Source of the DNA: Haliotis rubra
Taxonomy: Eukaryota
Direction of reading: 5' to 3'
NCBI RefSeq assembly: GCF_003918875.1
Contig: NW_025765403.1
Coordinates: 1,736,001 to 1,800,000 of the forward strand
Length of the DNA stretch: 64,000 nucleotides
Shown in pieces: positions 37,192 to 48,904 of the stretch. The first letter of the stretch is position 1, and the number at the start of each line of letters is the position of its first letter. The notes under the pieces were generated by a model that ran no database searches, was not told where the DNA came from, and saw nothing but the letters and a program-made list of their open reading frames with translations. A program made the position numbers and the translations under genes.

Positions 37192-40100
37192 TTAGTCATT
37201 TTTCAGTGGTTGGCCTTCTTCTGGGTCCTTTCCATCTAATGGCGTGGTCGTCTTCTTTGTGACTAGTGGTATGCAGAGGAGCAATATGGCACAGATGTAG
37301 TTGCATATTCCAAGGTAGTTAAAGCAGAGATTGTACGAACCAGTCAGGTCACGAATGGCCCCTGTAAAAAAATGTTTTACCATAAGAAAACTTAAGTAAA
37401 CATGTTGGCAAAAAGCTTAAATATTTCACAATTGATATCTTACCTTATATGGTTTAGTTTTGGGTACAAATTTGAGCGTTCAGTCTTCTCACATCGATTA
37501 CATAATGGTTTTTGCGTCAGTTTGTACCATAACAGCAAGGAAGCAGGATATCAGTGAAGGTGCAGAATAGCAACCACACGATCAATCTGATTCATACATT
37601 ATAAGGGCAATGGGATAGGGGAGTGGTGAAAGCGTTTCCTCAGTACGACGGTCAAGGTTCGTTCACCACAAGTGCACAGTATGTGTAACCTAATTAATGA
37701 GCTCTGAAAATGGCTGGAATGTTCTTCAAGTGGCGTGTAACAATACTCGATTTTACCAGTTAAATAAGTGACTTCATAGATGCATTGCGATGACTTGATC
37801 GACTGAGAGTTATACCAATTTATATTTCCACACTCAGATGACTCTCTCTCTCATTATAGATGAGTGTAGTGATATGCAAAAATACTCTTAAAAAAAGAAA
37901 CTTGACATGCTGTTTTGGAGTTTACTTACTGAGTGCATATAACTGATCCAAACATGACATCATCCCTGACAGTAAAATCATCACTTTACAAATTTCCAAA
38001 ACATGATTATCCAGAAAGTGTGTGGTAAAACCACAGAGGGCTATTAAAGCCATTTGGTCAGAGTAAAATGTCAGTATCTGGTGTGACCACCGTGAGCATC
38101 GATAACAGCTTGGCCCCCGAAGTTTCTAAGGGGGTGGATTACGCTGGCGCAAGTGTCGATCAAGAGTATCCCATAGATGTCCAAGGGGAGACAAATCGGG
38201 TGATCGAGAAGGCCAAGGTAACGCCTGAACATTGTTTTGCTGGGGGAAGTCCTGTCAAACACATGCAACGTGAGGTCGAACATTGTCATGCTCCAAAGAT
38301 CAACAGCTGACGTTGATGAAGGAACGACGTGACGTTGAACTGGTCTTCTGGCAAAAAAGACTGGCTTCCCACAGCCAATTGCGCACTGTCTGGTCGGAGA
38401 TTCGGTGCAGTCCAGGGATTTGGATTGTTATGGATGATGCGGCCGTGGCGTTTGAACGAAGATGTCTCAACCGGATGTAGCGATCCTGGGCGGCGGTGGT
38501 AACTCAAGGTCGACCTGACCTAGGTCTGTCATCAACACTTCCAGTATTGTTGTATCGGGACCATAGGTTTGAGATGGTCTGTCTGGACGACGCTGAAGTG
38601 CCTTGCCACCTCATGCTGCGATGCCCGTCCTTGTAAACGGCCGATGGCATTGTGTCGTTGAGCTTCTGCCAGTCATTTCATTCTCTTGTTGTCTATAGTG
38701 GCTTAAAGCAATGCATGTGGAGTACCACTGGTGTGGCTTTTTAAAGCCTACAGTTATAGGCTTCAGCTCAGGGTGATACACAATTTCACGATGCACGAGC
38801 ATGTCATGTAGGGTGCGTTTTAGCGATTCACTACAGACGTGAGTGTAACGTTACGTTTTTTGGTCAACGTTTCTTTTTTCAAATGTTTTGTTGTCGGCAA
38901 CCATTCCCCCACATGTTGGGATTCAGCATGGATTAGTTTGTGTCAAATATGTTCCTAAAATTAACATTCTTCCTATGTCAGGTTTCTTGTTTTGAAGAGT
39001 ATATATTACACTGAATAAAACGTGGAAAACTTACCCATGATAGGATGTGTCAAAGCCATGGCAAGTCCATGAAACACGGCTACGAATCCAAGAACGTTGG
39101 CCATATTTTTAAGTCCCATAAACTCAACGATGGCAAGGGGGATCAGACAATTATAGAAGCTGCCAAATAACCCGGCAAGCACGGCAAATACGATCAAAAG
39201 AGTGTACGAGTTATAGAATGAAGCAAATTGAGCTACGGTTCCAGATATTACTATTCCAATGGCCATCAAATGATTGATTTTGATGTATTTGAAGTCTGCC
39301 ACGAACCCAACTGCAAGTCTACCGCAGAAATCCGTCACGCCTTGAATAGTCAACAGAAACGCTGCCTCTGTAGGACCAACGCCTTTTTCCTTTGCGAGCA
39401 CAGGGAGGTATGCGCCTGTTAATGTGAAAACCATACCGAAATGAGTATATGCTGCGAGCAGCTGAAACATTGGCTGTTTGAACAATGAAAAGTCAAACGC
39501 TGCAAACGCTTTTTTAACATGCATCCATACACTTTCATGTTTATCATCAACATCTTGCAGAGGATTAACATCTCGTAAATCAACCAACGACAATGATGTC
39601 AAATCAGGGTTGCTTGTATACATTCTGAGATGATATTCCGAACGATCGCATATTTGAGATCCATAGCTAATCATCGAATCAGGCCTAGTTCTTTTACGGA
39701 CAGCTCTTTCTTTATCTGTGACCACTGGAATGCCCGGCTTGCTGGTATTGTTTGCGCCAAGGTCATTCACGTCCATCTTTACAGTACAGTCTTTTACATC
39801 TTCATTTTCGCTGCTTTCATGGATCATCTCTAAACCAGGGCCATTTCCTTGATCTTGATTCCTGAATGATATTTTCTTCGGTGTCTTCTTTTGGAAAGAA
39901 CTCAATGGTCTAAACAGGGCTCCCCCGACCCAAATGTTCATGGTCAGCCCCGTCAGGATCAACATACTTCCTCTGACACCATATTCATCCAGCAGGAACC
40001 GAACGAGAGGTGGGAAAACGCTGCCTCCCAAACTGATTCCAGACATGGCTATAGCTGTGGCAATCCCTCTTCGTTTCTTAAAGTACTTCCCAATCAGTAC

Positions 40101-40291
40101 CAATGCCGGGCCGTGTATCATTGAAAGCCCTATACCTGGAATTAAACGCACAATATTCATCAACATTATCAAATCATCATCATCATCATAATTAAATCAT
40201 CACAATAAAATCATCATCCTCTTCATCGTCATCATCATCATCAGCATCAGCATCATAATCAAATCATCCTCATCAAATCATCACAATAAAA

Positions 40292-40323
<32 letters not shown>

Positions 40324-42247
40324 TCATCAAGTCATCAAGTCATCACAATATAATCATCTTCATCGTCATCTCCATCATTATCATCATCGTCGTCGTCGTC
40401 ACGGCATAAACTACTCTCTACTATATTCTGTATTACACATCTTACTGCAATTTCACACTGGCATTGTCATGAACGTGTGACCTTATTTTTATATACCAAC
40501 CCATAAGAATGCTGTGTGTGCAGATGAGGTAAGTAATACTGTTGGCGAACACCGCTGTAAGCATCCCTAAAGCTGCTGCTGTTCCACCAATGATAACAGT
40601 TTTCCTCTCTCCAAGCAGTCGTAGAATCACAGTCATGGAAAATAGTGCTGTGAAGACACCAAATTTCGAGGGTGACAATTAAGATTTAATATTTTTATTA
40701 AAAGCACCTATTCCTTTTTCCCCAGTAATCGGAAAACTGATTTACGTAGATATGCATTGAATATTAAATTGAGATACTTACCAAAATTAGCAATTCATTT
40801 ATAGGCTCAAACTGAAAACGGTTTTGAACGTTTTTAATTTACTGATGGAATCAAAACATATGTATTGAGCAAAGGCTTATTACAAAGTTACTATACTCAG
40901 CGTGATTTTCTCTACTCACAACATGGACTCAAGATTATGTCTTTCGCAATATTGAACCGGTCAAATGAACATACATTTATGACAATTTAATGCCCAGGAA
41001 TGATTCAGTTCCTCAGGGCACGTCAAAGGGGATGCTCGGCACCTTGTATCCTTGTGGGATACAGAATATGTTCACAATGTTCATAATACACTTATATATA
41101 CAATCAACATGTCAGTGAACGCAATCTTCTTTATAAAAGAACGGTATGTAAGCGTGATAAATACATACACGCAATGCTAGAAGTGCCAGCCATAACTCCC
41201 ATGAATAAAGTTGTCGTTGCTGCAGATGCCTGGAATTCCTTCAGATACGCCACAAAGAATATGGCGATACCTCTGGCATATCCAACCATGATGAACACAT
41301 TCAGGACACTACCTGAAATAGAATCAAAAGCAGTGAATCAAGTATTTCCATAGAAGCGACAAAACCCTTTCCACATTTATAAGAAATCTCTGCCAAAAAC
41401 AGAGTCGATTGTACAATTGTGACTACATGTATATCATGAGCAGGTATGTTTTCAGCAGAATTACAGCTGTTTGATGTTCTCTGAACCAGACAATAAAGTG
41501 ATTGTCACTATATGATGACAGAGCATGTGTTTATGAATCACTGTGAAATAGTGATGATACCAGGTGGCACCGGCCATCAACATATGCTATGTCTAGTCAT
41601 TTGTTCACCTGAAATAATTCGGGAACGTATGGTATAATTCAAAATAGGGAACTGTACTGGACATATTTTTTTGCATCAAATTTGGAAATTTCCTCCACAT
41701 GTCTATCATAAAACTTCTTAAAAGCTTTACTGAGGCCTTGGATGTTGTAACTACTAAAGATTTATCTGCAGAACAAAACAAAGCTTATATTCATTCAGGT
41801 ACATGTCATTATGATACCATATTGACATACAAGAACCACTCTGATGTATTCCTCGATATATAATGACCATGCATATCATACTATGCACATTGAGATATAA
41901 GACTGTAAGACTTATCCTCTTACCATCAATCAAGTAAAAATATATTTGTGCTTAAGTTCACCTGCTAATACCACCCACGCCCAACCACGGTCGATGGGAA
42001 GACCGTCATCTTCTTCAGATTGTGTCTTATCTTCTTTTAGTCCAACATCGTCTCCATCCTCCAGAAGCCTGTCCTCAACATCTCCTGGATCATTATATGT
42101 TGCTCTTGTTGCAGAAGACAATGGGTTGTGTTCCTCATCCCACAGGTTCTCTCCTGACTTTGTCCTGGCATTGCCATTGTCTTCATCATGATCCGATTCC
42201 ATTTGTCCTCCCTCATCCTGATTCTGCTTATCTTTGGAACCAGACAT
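37192..42247 (-). CDS. SLC16/monocarboxylate transporter-like MFS gene, paralogue D (~615 aa; exons 42247-41962, 41312-41169, 40647-40501, 40135-39035, 37361-37192)
   Basis: Same exon phases as the paralogues, with 144- and 147-bp internal exons. Motifs: PIDRGWAW, YFKKRRGIATAIAMSG, DFCGR, GAIRDLTGSY. Ends at TAA 37192. Confidence 0.93.
37883..39001 (-). mobile_element. Tc1-family element, internally deleted, in intron 4 of MCT paralogue D
   Basis: TIRs TACTCTTAAAAAAAGAAACTTGACA / TGTCAGGTTTCTTGTTTTGAAGAGTA plus TA. Decayed transposase pieces end in AVIDAHGGHTRY* at 38071. Confidence 0.85.
40165..40400. repeat. Compound (ATC)n microsatellite in intron 3 of MCT paralogue D
   Basis: Interrupted CAT/ATC repeats are directly visible. 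Confidence 0.9.
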
Positions 42248-42443
42248 TGTGATGGGGATGGTGCTTGAAACATAAGAAAATATAGATAAAAATGACTTAA
42301 CAATGAATAAAAATAACAATTTAGTTGTAACCGAAGAATGTAAGAAAATAGCTAAGAATCACATCAGCACACCGTAGCCATGACCATACCACACACCACT
42401 ATACGTAAACGCATTTACTTGTCACGCTAAAACATATTTTCAG

Positions 42444-42745
42444 GTAACACAAGAGCTTCGCTCAGAAAGAAAAACAGATCACAGTGTATCAGGTAACACA
42501 GTGTATAAAGTAACTAAGATATCATGTTAACTATATAAGGCTATATCTCTTAACGAAGCCATGTTACTAAACAGAATTAATGTTTTCACAAATGATACTA
42601 GTAACACAAGAGCCTTACTCAGAAAGAAAAAACAGATCACAATGCACCAAGTAACACCGATGAAGTAACTAAGATGTAATGCACTAATTATATTAGGCTA
42701 TATCTCCCTACGATGTCATGTTACGTATACTGACCAGCGTTAATG
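42444..42745. repeat. ~157-bp diverged tandem duplication upstream of the first coding exon of MCT paralogue D
   Basis: GTAACACAAGAG...CTCAGAAAGAAAAACAGATCAC at 42444 and 42601. Confidence 0.8.
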
Positions 42746-43335
42746 TCTTCACGACTGCAGCCAGCTACTACACAAATGTCCTACATTCCCCTGCACCGTG
42801 CACCACACCTTACAAGGGAGGGTGTATACTGTACAGTTTCAAGGAGACCGGGTTGAGCACAGGTATGCTGACATGACCTTATGCAGTTGATAACAAGTCG
42901 ACATTACACCTGCACAATACAGTCCTTGATGATCACGTGGTCATGCAGTTGAAGTGATTATTTAGGTTCGCACAAATGATGTCCTGTGCAATTCCGTTTT
43001 GTTTTGTACCTTGTTTCTCAGTGCTTATTAAAGTGAATTCTTGATTTGTTCACGAATGTGTTTGTGGCGGGTGGTCCCCATAGACTGGGATCTCTCTCAA
43101 ACATGTGTCATGGTAACTCTATGCTAGTGATTCACAAACATCAGCTGGTAGTATACATTGAATCGTGCATAAGATTTCGCAAAATATTTCTTAAAATACA
43201 TCTGAATCTCATCTGATTTCGTGGTGATATTTCAGATATCAGTGTTGCCACGAGACAAATATGCAAAATACGATGTTTTGTGAAACAAAATAGCATGCCA
43301 TGCTTCACATGATAATGTACATGTGGATGTTGGTG

Positions 43336-43579
43336 ATCGTTTGTTTATTGTTCAACACCTCACCCAGTTATGCCCCTCTATATGGCTTTGGTTTGTAAAT
43401 AATCGAGTCTGGAACTAGACAATCCAGTGACCAACAGCATGAGCATCGTTATACTCAATTAGGCAAAGGATGAAATGTGTCAACCAAGTCAGGGAATCTG
43501 ACGATCCGATCCCGTTAGTCACCTCTTACGAAAAGCATGGGTTGCCGAAGACCAATTCTAACCCGTTTCTTCACGGTCT
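43336..43579 (-). mobile_element. SINE-like family B, full length
   Basis: Reverse-complement match, with TAATGTA.. direct repeats on both sides. Confidence 0.85.
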
Positions 43580-44344
43580 AATGTATACGTGAAATATATC
43601 ACACGTATTTGTGCATATATCACATGAACCATATTTGCATACATATTGAGACAAAATGTCTGTCGATACATTAACAGTTACTTTTTAGAATTAAACCCAA
43701 TGATTTGCCTGTATTTAGTACACGCCGCATATAACTGAACGTACGAAAATTATAATGATGTGAACTTTATATATCACATGTATAGGACACACAGGTGATG
43801 GTCATTGTGGCCAATACTGGCTTGTCTCATCAAAACGTAATATTTACCGACAGCCATCCTAAAACTGAAATATTCCTGAATACGGCGTCAAAACAACAAA
43901 CTGATAAACAGATAAACAAACACATCCCAGAGGGACGTTTTGGAACAAATTCATTTACAGACAAAAACAGAATATAGAGCTAGACGCTCACCTACAACGC
44001 TCAGTCCACAACGACGAGGCCAAGATAAAGCGGCTAATGACTAAACCCTCACAGTTGCCCACCCGCATGTCTAGGGCTCGTGTGTACCTGCGTGACTCAG
44101 TGGTTTTGCTCCGTTACGTGAGAAAATTAATCAGGTATTATTTTGAGGTGTAGCTTTGAACATGATATGAAGGTTTAAAAAGGTGTTATTAAATCAACAA
44201 CAGTTGGAAACCCTCTTTGCCTTGATGACGATATTATCTATTCATGTGAAGCTACATGCGTACATACCATGTGCATACCATGTGCATACCTTGTGCATAC
44301 CATGTGCATACCATGTTTCGGATCATTTTGTTTGACTTGTTTAT

Positions 44345-44563
44345 CTTGTTTGTTGGTCTGTTTGTTCTTTAGCTCCACGCTAAATGTGGTATGTAAATTA
44401 ATCGAGTCTGGACCAGACAGTAGAGTGATTGACACCATAGGCATCGATATATGCATTTGTGATATGTGTCAACCAAGTCAGGGAGCCCGACCATCCGATA
44501 CTAGTCGCCTCTTACGACTAGCATGGGTGGCTGTAAACTCAATTCTAACCCGGATCTTCACGG
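44345..44563 (-). mobile_element. SINE-like family B
   Basis: Ends ...CCCGGATCTTCACGG. Confidence 0.8.
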
Positions 44564-45399
44564 AGTACATTTTATTTGAATACGAAAAAATATATAACCA
44601 ATTTGGTCATATTACTTACACGAAGTTAATCATAAACATAAATGCTTGCCAAAGAAATCAAAATATACTTTCCACAACATACGTCGCCCACCACACATAC
44701 ATATTGATTTGAAACTACCAGCGAATGATCCCAGTTAATGACCTAGATATGACCTAGATATTTAGCGTCAACCGTTATCTTTCAGTCCCAGCTATTGAGC
44801 AAACATTACAAGTTTATAATCAATGAAGAGATGGGTGTTTTGGGTGTGGAAAATATGCAAGTCAATGTGAGACGTCCTTACCGTATCCCTTGACTCAGCA
44901 GTTTTCATTTAATAAATAGCAGTTGGCGTTTGCAAAGACCGACTTTGATCTAACTAATATTCACGTCGTGGTCGGTAGGGTAGCCTAGTGGTTAAAACAT
45001 TCGTTCGTGAAGGGTAAAGTCCATGTCGTGGAGCCTTTTAGGTACCGTTGTATTGCCGAAATATTGTTATAATTAAAGTTGCCCAAACCCTATTCATTCA
45101 CTGTCACTTTGCAATACCAGTCTGCCTGCAGTATCATTGATGTATATGGAGCTGACTAGTCTTCGTAAGAAAAACCTCTTTGGACATTCGTACATTTTAT
45201 ATGTTTGCCATCCCCAACATGAGCAGCAAGATAGCGGAAGGGCGAAATGAAGAATAACATTCAAATAAATATACACGTTTATCACTAATTTGTGACTTAA
45301 TTCATTTTAAAGTTAGAACACTTGGCGATAGTCTTAATTTAGACTGATTTTTTTATGTAGAGTCCCAATGCTTGGGAAATGTTTCTAGATAAAACAGCG

Positions 45400-45562
45400 A
45401 CCAGACAATCTAGTGATCAACAGCATGAACATCGATCTACGCAGTTGGGATACGATGGTGTGTCAACCAAGTCAGTTAACCTGTCCACCCGATCCCGTTA
45501 GTCGCTTCTCACGGCAAGTATGGGTTGCTGAAGACTAATTCTAACCCGGATCTTCACGGGTC
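45400..45562 (-). mobile_element. SINE-like family B (tail lost)
   Basis: Ends ...CCCGGATCTTCACGGGTC. Confidence 0.85.
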
Positions 45563-45692
45563 TGGCTGTCATCATACGGGGTCGGCATGGACTGTTGCTC
45601 AAGCTATCAATTGGGGATGACGAAAACAGATGCGTCCGGATCAAGATTTTTGACAAATAGTTCTAAGCAAACAAAGAGTAAATTTAGTGTTT

Positions 45693-45925
45693 TTCTGTTT
45701 GCTTGTTTGTTTAACGCTTCTGTTTGTTGGCTATGCGACGGCGATCTGTACATGATAGAGTCTGGACCGGACAATTCAGTGACTGACATCACGTTCATCG
45801 ATTTATGCAACTGGGATATAAGGACACGCATCAACCATGTCTGCGTGCTTGATGATCTGATCACGTTAGTCGATTCTATCAACACGCATGGGTTGCCGAA
45901 CCCCAATCATAATTCGGATATTCAA
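45693..45925 (-). mobile_element. SINE-like family B, decayed
   Basis: GAGTCTGGACCGGACAAT...CATGGGTTGCCGAA. Confidence 0.7.
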
Positions 45926-46101
45926 GGATAAACGAAATGATGGTCATTTTACGAGCTCTCACAGTATTCATGGAAAACACTGTCGGTAGGTGTGGTGTCT
46001 GGAGACTCAACATCTTAGGGCTCAGAGATTAAACTAGGTTGAGGAAGTGACTTTCCATCATGCCTGTATAGATCATATTCCAGGTAAGCACAGTCAAAAA
46101 C

Positions 46102-46374
46102 GACCCGTGAAGATCCGGGGTAGAATAGGTCTTCAGCAGCCCATTCTTGTCATAAAAGGCGACTATGCTTGTCGTAAACGGCGACTAACGGGATCGGGTG
46201 GTCAGGCTCGCTGACTTGGTTGACACATGTCATCGGTTCCCAATTGCGCAGATCGATGCTCATGCTGTTGATCACTGGATTGTCAGGTCCAGACTCGATT
46301 ATTTACAGACCGCCGCCATATAGCTGGAATATTGCTGAATGCGGCGTAAAACTAAACTCTCCCAGTCACTCATT
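46102..46374 (+). mobile_element. SINE-like family B, full length, 13-bp TSD, with an internal duplication of the TTGTC.TAA.AGGCGACTA hairpin
   Basis: TSD CACAGTCAAAAAC (46089-46101) / CACAGTCTAAAAC (46375-46387). Tail GCTGGAATATTGCTGA.TGCGGCGTAAAACTAAACTC. Confidence 0.92.
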
Positions 46375-46929
46375 CACAGTCTAAAACTGACGGTTTCAGA
46401 CACTCGGCTCAGCCAAGACCTCCCACTTGGGCGCATATAAAAGATTCAGTGTTTACCTAGAGTAGTAAACACTTGCACTACCTTAGATATTTCTTTCACG
46501 TGAAGTTTGTATTTCCTCGCACAACAGAAATCCTGTTCAAATCGGAATTAAATATACCTCACCAAGACTGAGGGTTTGAGTTTTTGCCTTTAGTGGGGTA
46601 ACCCAGTGGTTGAGTGTTTTCTTGCCAAACGCCTCGCATCGAGGTACAATTCATTGGTACAAACTGGTTCAGTGTATGAAACCAACAATATTTGGTTTAA
46701 CAGTATTTATTTCCTGAAAGACTGAGACTGATTTTATTTTACGAAAATACTCCAGCAATATCACAGTAATGCCCATACAATTTCGGCGTGATATTAAAGC
46801 AAATTAAGAATATTAAACAATATTTAATATATCATGGGGCAGTTGGTGAAATTGGCACTTCTCACTTTCGTACTTTAAGCATTTGCTCACAAACGTTGGC
46901 CTATTTACTGGTATATAACAGGGCAGTTA

Positions 46930-47735
46930 AAGAAAATTGACACTTCTCACCACCATAACTAGATACACTCATGAGTATTTGATCAAAGGTGAAGATCCTC
47001 CGTTTTGTATCCCTTGTGATGAGAAAATCACAGTCAAGCATGTCCTGCTTGATTGCCATGATATTTCCATCACAAGGGATAAATATTTTAATGTCAAAAC
47101 AATTAAGGATCTGTTTTATAATGTTAATTATCATTTAATTATTGAAAATTTAAAGGAAATAGAATTATTACATAAATTTTTAATAATATTTTTTGTAAAT
47201 AGATATATGATATTTTAAACATGGTAGTATGAATTAGCAACTGCGATTGTTAGTGGCTGTATCCTCAAAGGGGGTTAAAGTGTCGTAAAAATTTGTCCTC
47301 CTGAGAAGGTACGCAAGTCCCGATAACTTTCAAAGTCAATTTCACTCAACCATACTTTTTAATCGTAGTATTTTGTTTATTTTAACTTTCGGCTAAATCT
47401 TCCTACCATCTCCAGTGGCTGAAGGGATGGTGTAAATCCAGCTAGGGTCCATACAGGTAGCAAAAGTAATGTAAGTCCCCATCGTTCCTAGTATGGTGAT
47501 CAACCTTCAGTTGTTGGCGATCTACAGCCCGTGGTTTATATTGTACTAAAATGTTTTAGTTTTATATGCTAGTTTTATGTTCATATCTGAAATACCCTAG
47601 TATCTTTACTGTCCATTGTCGATAGGTTTTACTCTTCAAAATGTTTTCATTTTTATTGTATAAATTGTTATCGTCACGATATGGCTGAGATATTGCCGAT
47701 GTGACGTTCAATATAAAATCAGTCACTCACTCTTA
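46930..47735 (+). mobile_element. 5'-truncated I/Nimb-like LINE 3' end (C-terminal zinc knuckle plus 3' UTR plus (ACTC)n tail)
   Basis: TRYTHEYLIKGEDPPFCIPCDEKITVKHVLLDC is typical of the C-terminus of RNase H-bearing I-group LINEs. The tail reads GATATGGCTGAGATATTGCCGATGTGACGTT...CACTCACTC. Confidence 0.8.
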
Positions 47736-47996
47736 CAACCATAGTTTAAACATTTGCTCACAAACGTTGGTATACTTTACATCATAGGGCAGTTGATGAA
47801 ATGTTATTTATCACAGAATCATTCATCCACTATTTCTAGTGTGTAATACCTAGAGACCAGTGTAGCATCATAGAGTTATGTTTTTATGATGAAATGGTAA
47901 GGACTGTAATGTAACGTAGTTTTGTTTCGGGTGATACTTTCTCAGTACATGAAAAATTTGCAAACATAAGTTTGGCCCAGTCCTGCCTCAGCGTGC

Positions 47997-48165
47997 GGGG
48001 GACGGTGGGGTAGCCTAGTGATTAAAGCGTTCGCTTGACACGCCGAAGGTCCGGGTTCGATTCCCCACATGGGTACAATGCGTGAAGCCCATTTCTGGTG
48101 TCACCGCCGTGATATTGCTGGAATATTGCTAAAAGCAGAATAAAATCATACTCACTCACTCACTC
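47997..48165 (+). mobile_element. tRNA-derived SINE family A, full length with TSD
   Basis: A-box TAGCCTAGTGA, B-box GGTTCGATTCC, (ACTC)n tail, flanking direct repeat (CTC)AGCGTGC(GG). Confidence 0.92.
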
Positions 48166-48859
48166 AGCGTGCGGCGCAAAATCGCCAGCACACAAAGTTG
48201 GGTTTGTGACGAAGTTTCATTGTTGGGATTTCTCTCGTAAAATATCGCCGATTTCACCCAGGCATAGGTCTCCTGTTACAAACTGGCGTCAGTTGGATTA
48301 ATTCTCCGCACGAACATGGTGGAACAGTCCATCTAACGTCACAGCTACAGGGAACGCTAGCGGTCGAAGGGAGGTAACTCTGTGAGGGTGGCTGTGACAG
48401 GTCGCTATTCTATCACAACCCTTCGGATGAATGAACGCGGTATATATGGTATATTTAGTTGGGTGGGTGGTTGAGTGAGTGGTTGAGTGGTTGAGTGAGT
48501 GAGTGAGTGATGGTTGGGTGATCCGCTTTACAAATATTCTAACCAGATGATGGTGGTGGACATATGAAATGGGATTGACATGCTGGATCCTTTTGAGGGA
48601 ATCAACCAGGGCCTTCTTCGTCATGAGCTGATGCATTAACAGAAATAATTCGTCTCACAATTTGTTTCGCTGTCAAATTAATTCAGTTGATAACAGTGTA
48701 CAGAACTTCCTCCACATCACACAGACCCGCGATGGGACAACAGTAAAACTTTTATCTCATCATAACGGACACTGTCATCAAATATTCCAGCTTGAACGAC
48801 ATCCACCTCAAAGCATTATGCAACATATCAAATTCGTTTACGATAAAGCTCGCGCATGA

Positions 48860-48904
48860 ACGGAAGTGACATGTACAACAAGGAAGCCGAACCTCCAGGT
48901 AGGT
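48860..48904 (+). promoter_or_regulatory. Putative TRIM promoter / non-coding first exon (ETS-type CGGAAGTG followed by a CAG|GTAGGT donor)
   Basis: Motif and consensus donor lie 2.3 kb upstream of the TTTCAG acceptor (51173-51178) that precedes the TRIM ATG. Confidence 0.4.

Noticed and set aside
43985-44060. Non-coding first exons of the MCT genes (minus-strand donors near 43991, 34234, 17871)
   Set aside because: Plausible GT donors, but they cannot be distinguished from chance without transcript data.
46102-46200. Canonical HDV-like, hammerhead or twister ribozyme at the SINE-B 5' end
   Set aside because: I could not fit the HDV P3/L3/P1.1 pattern, the CUGAUGA/GAAA core or twister consensus residues by eye. 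Kept only as a novel-structure hypothesis.
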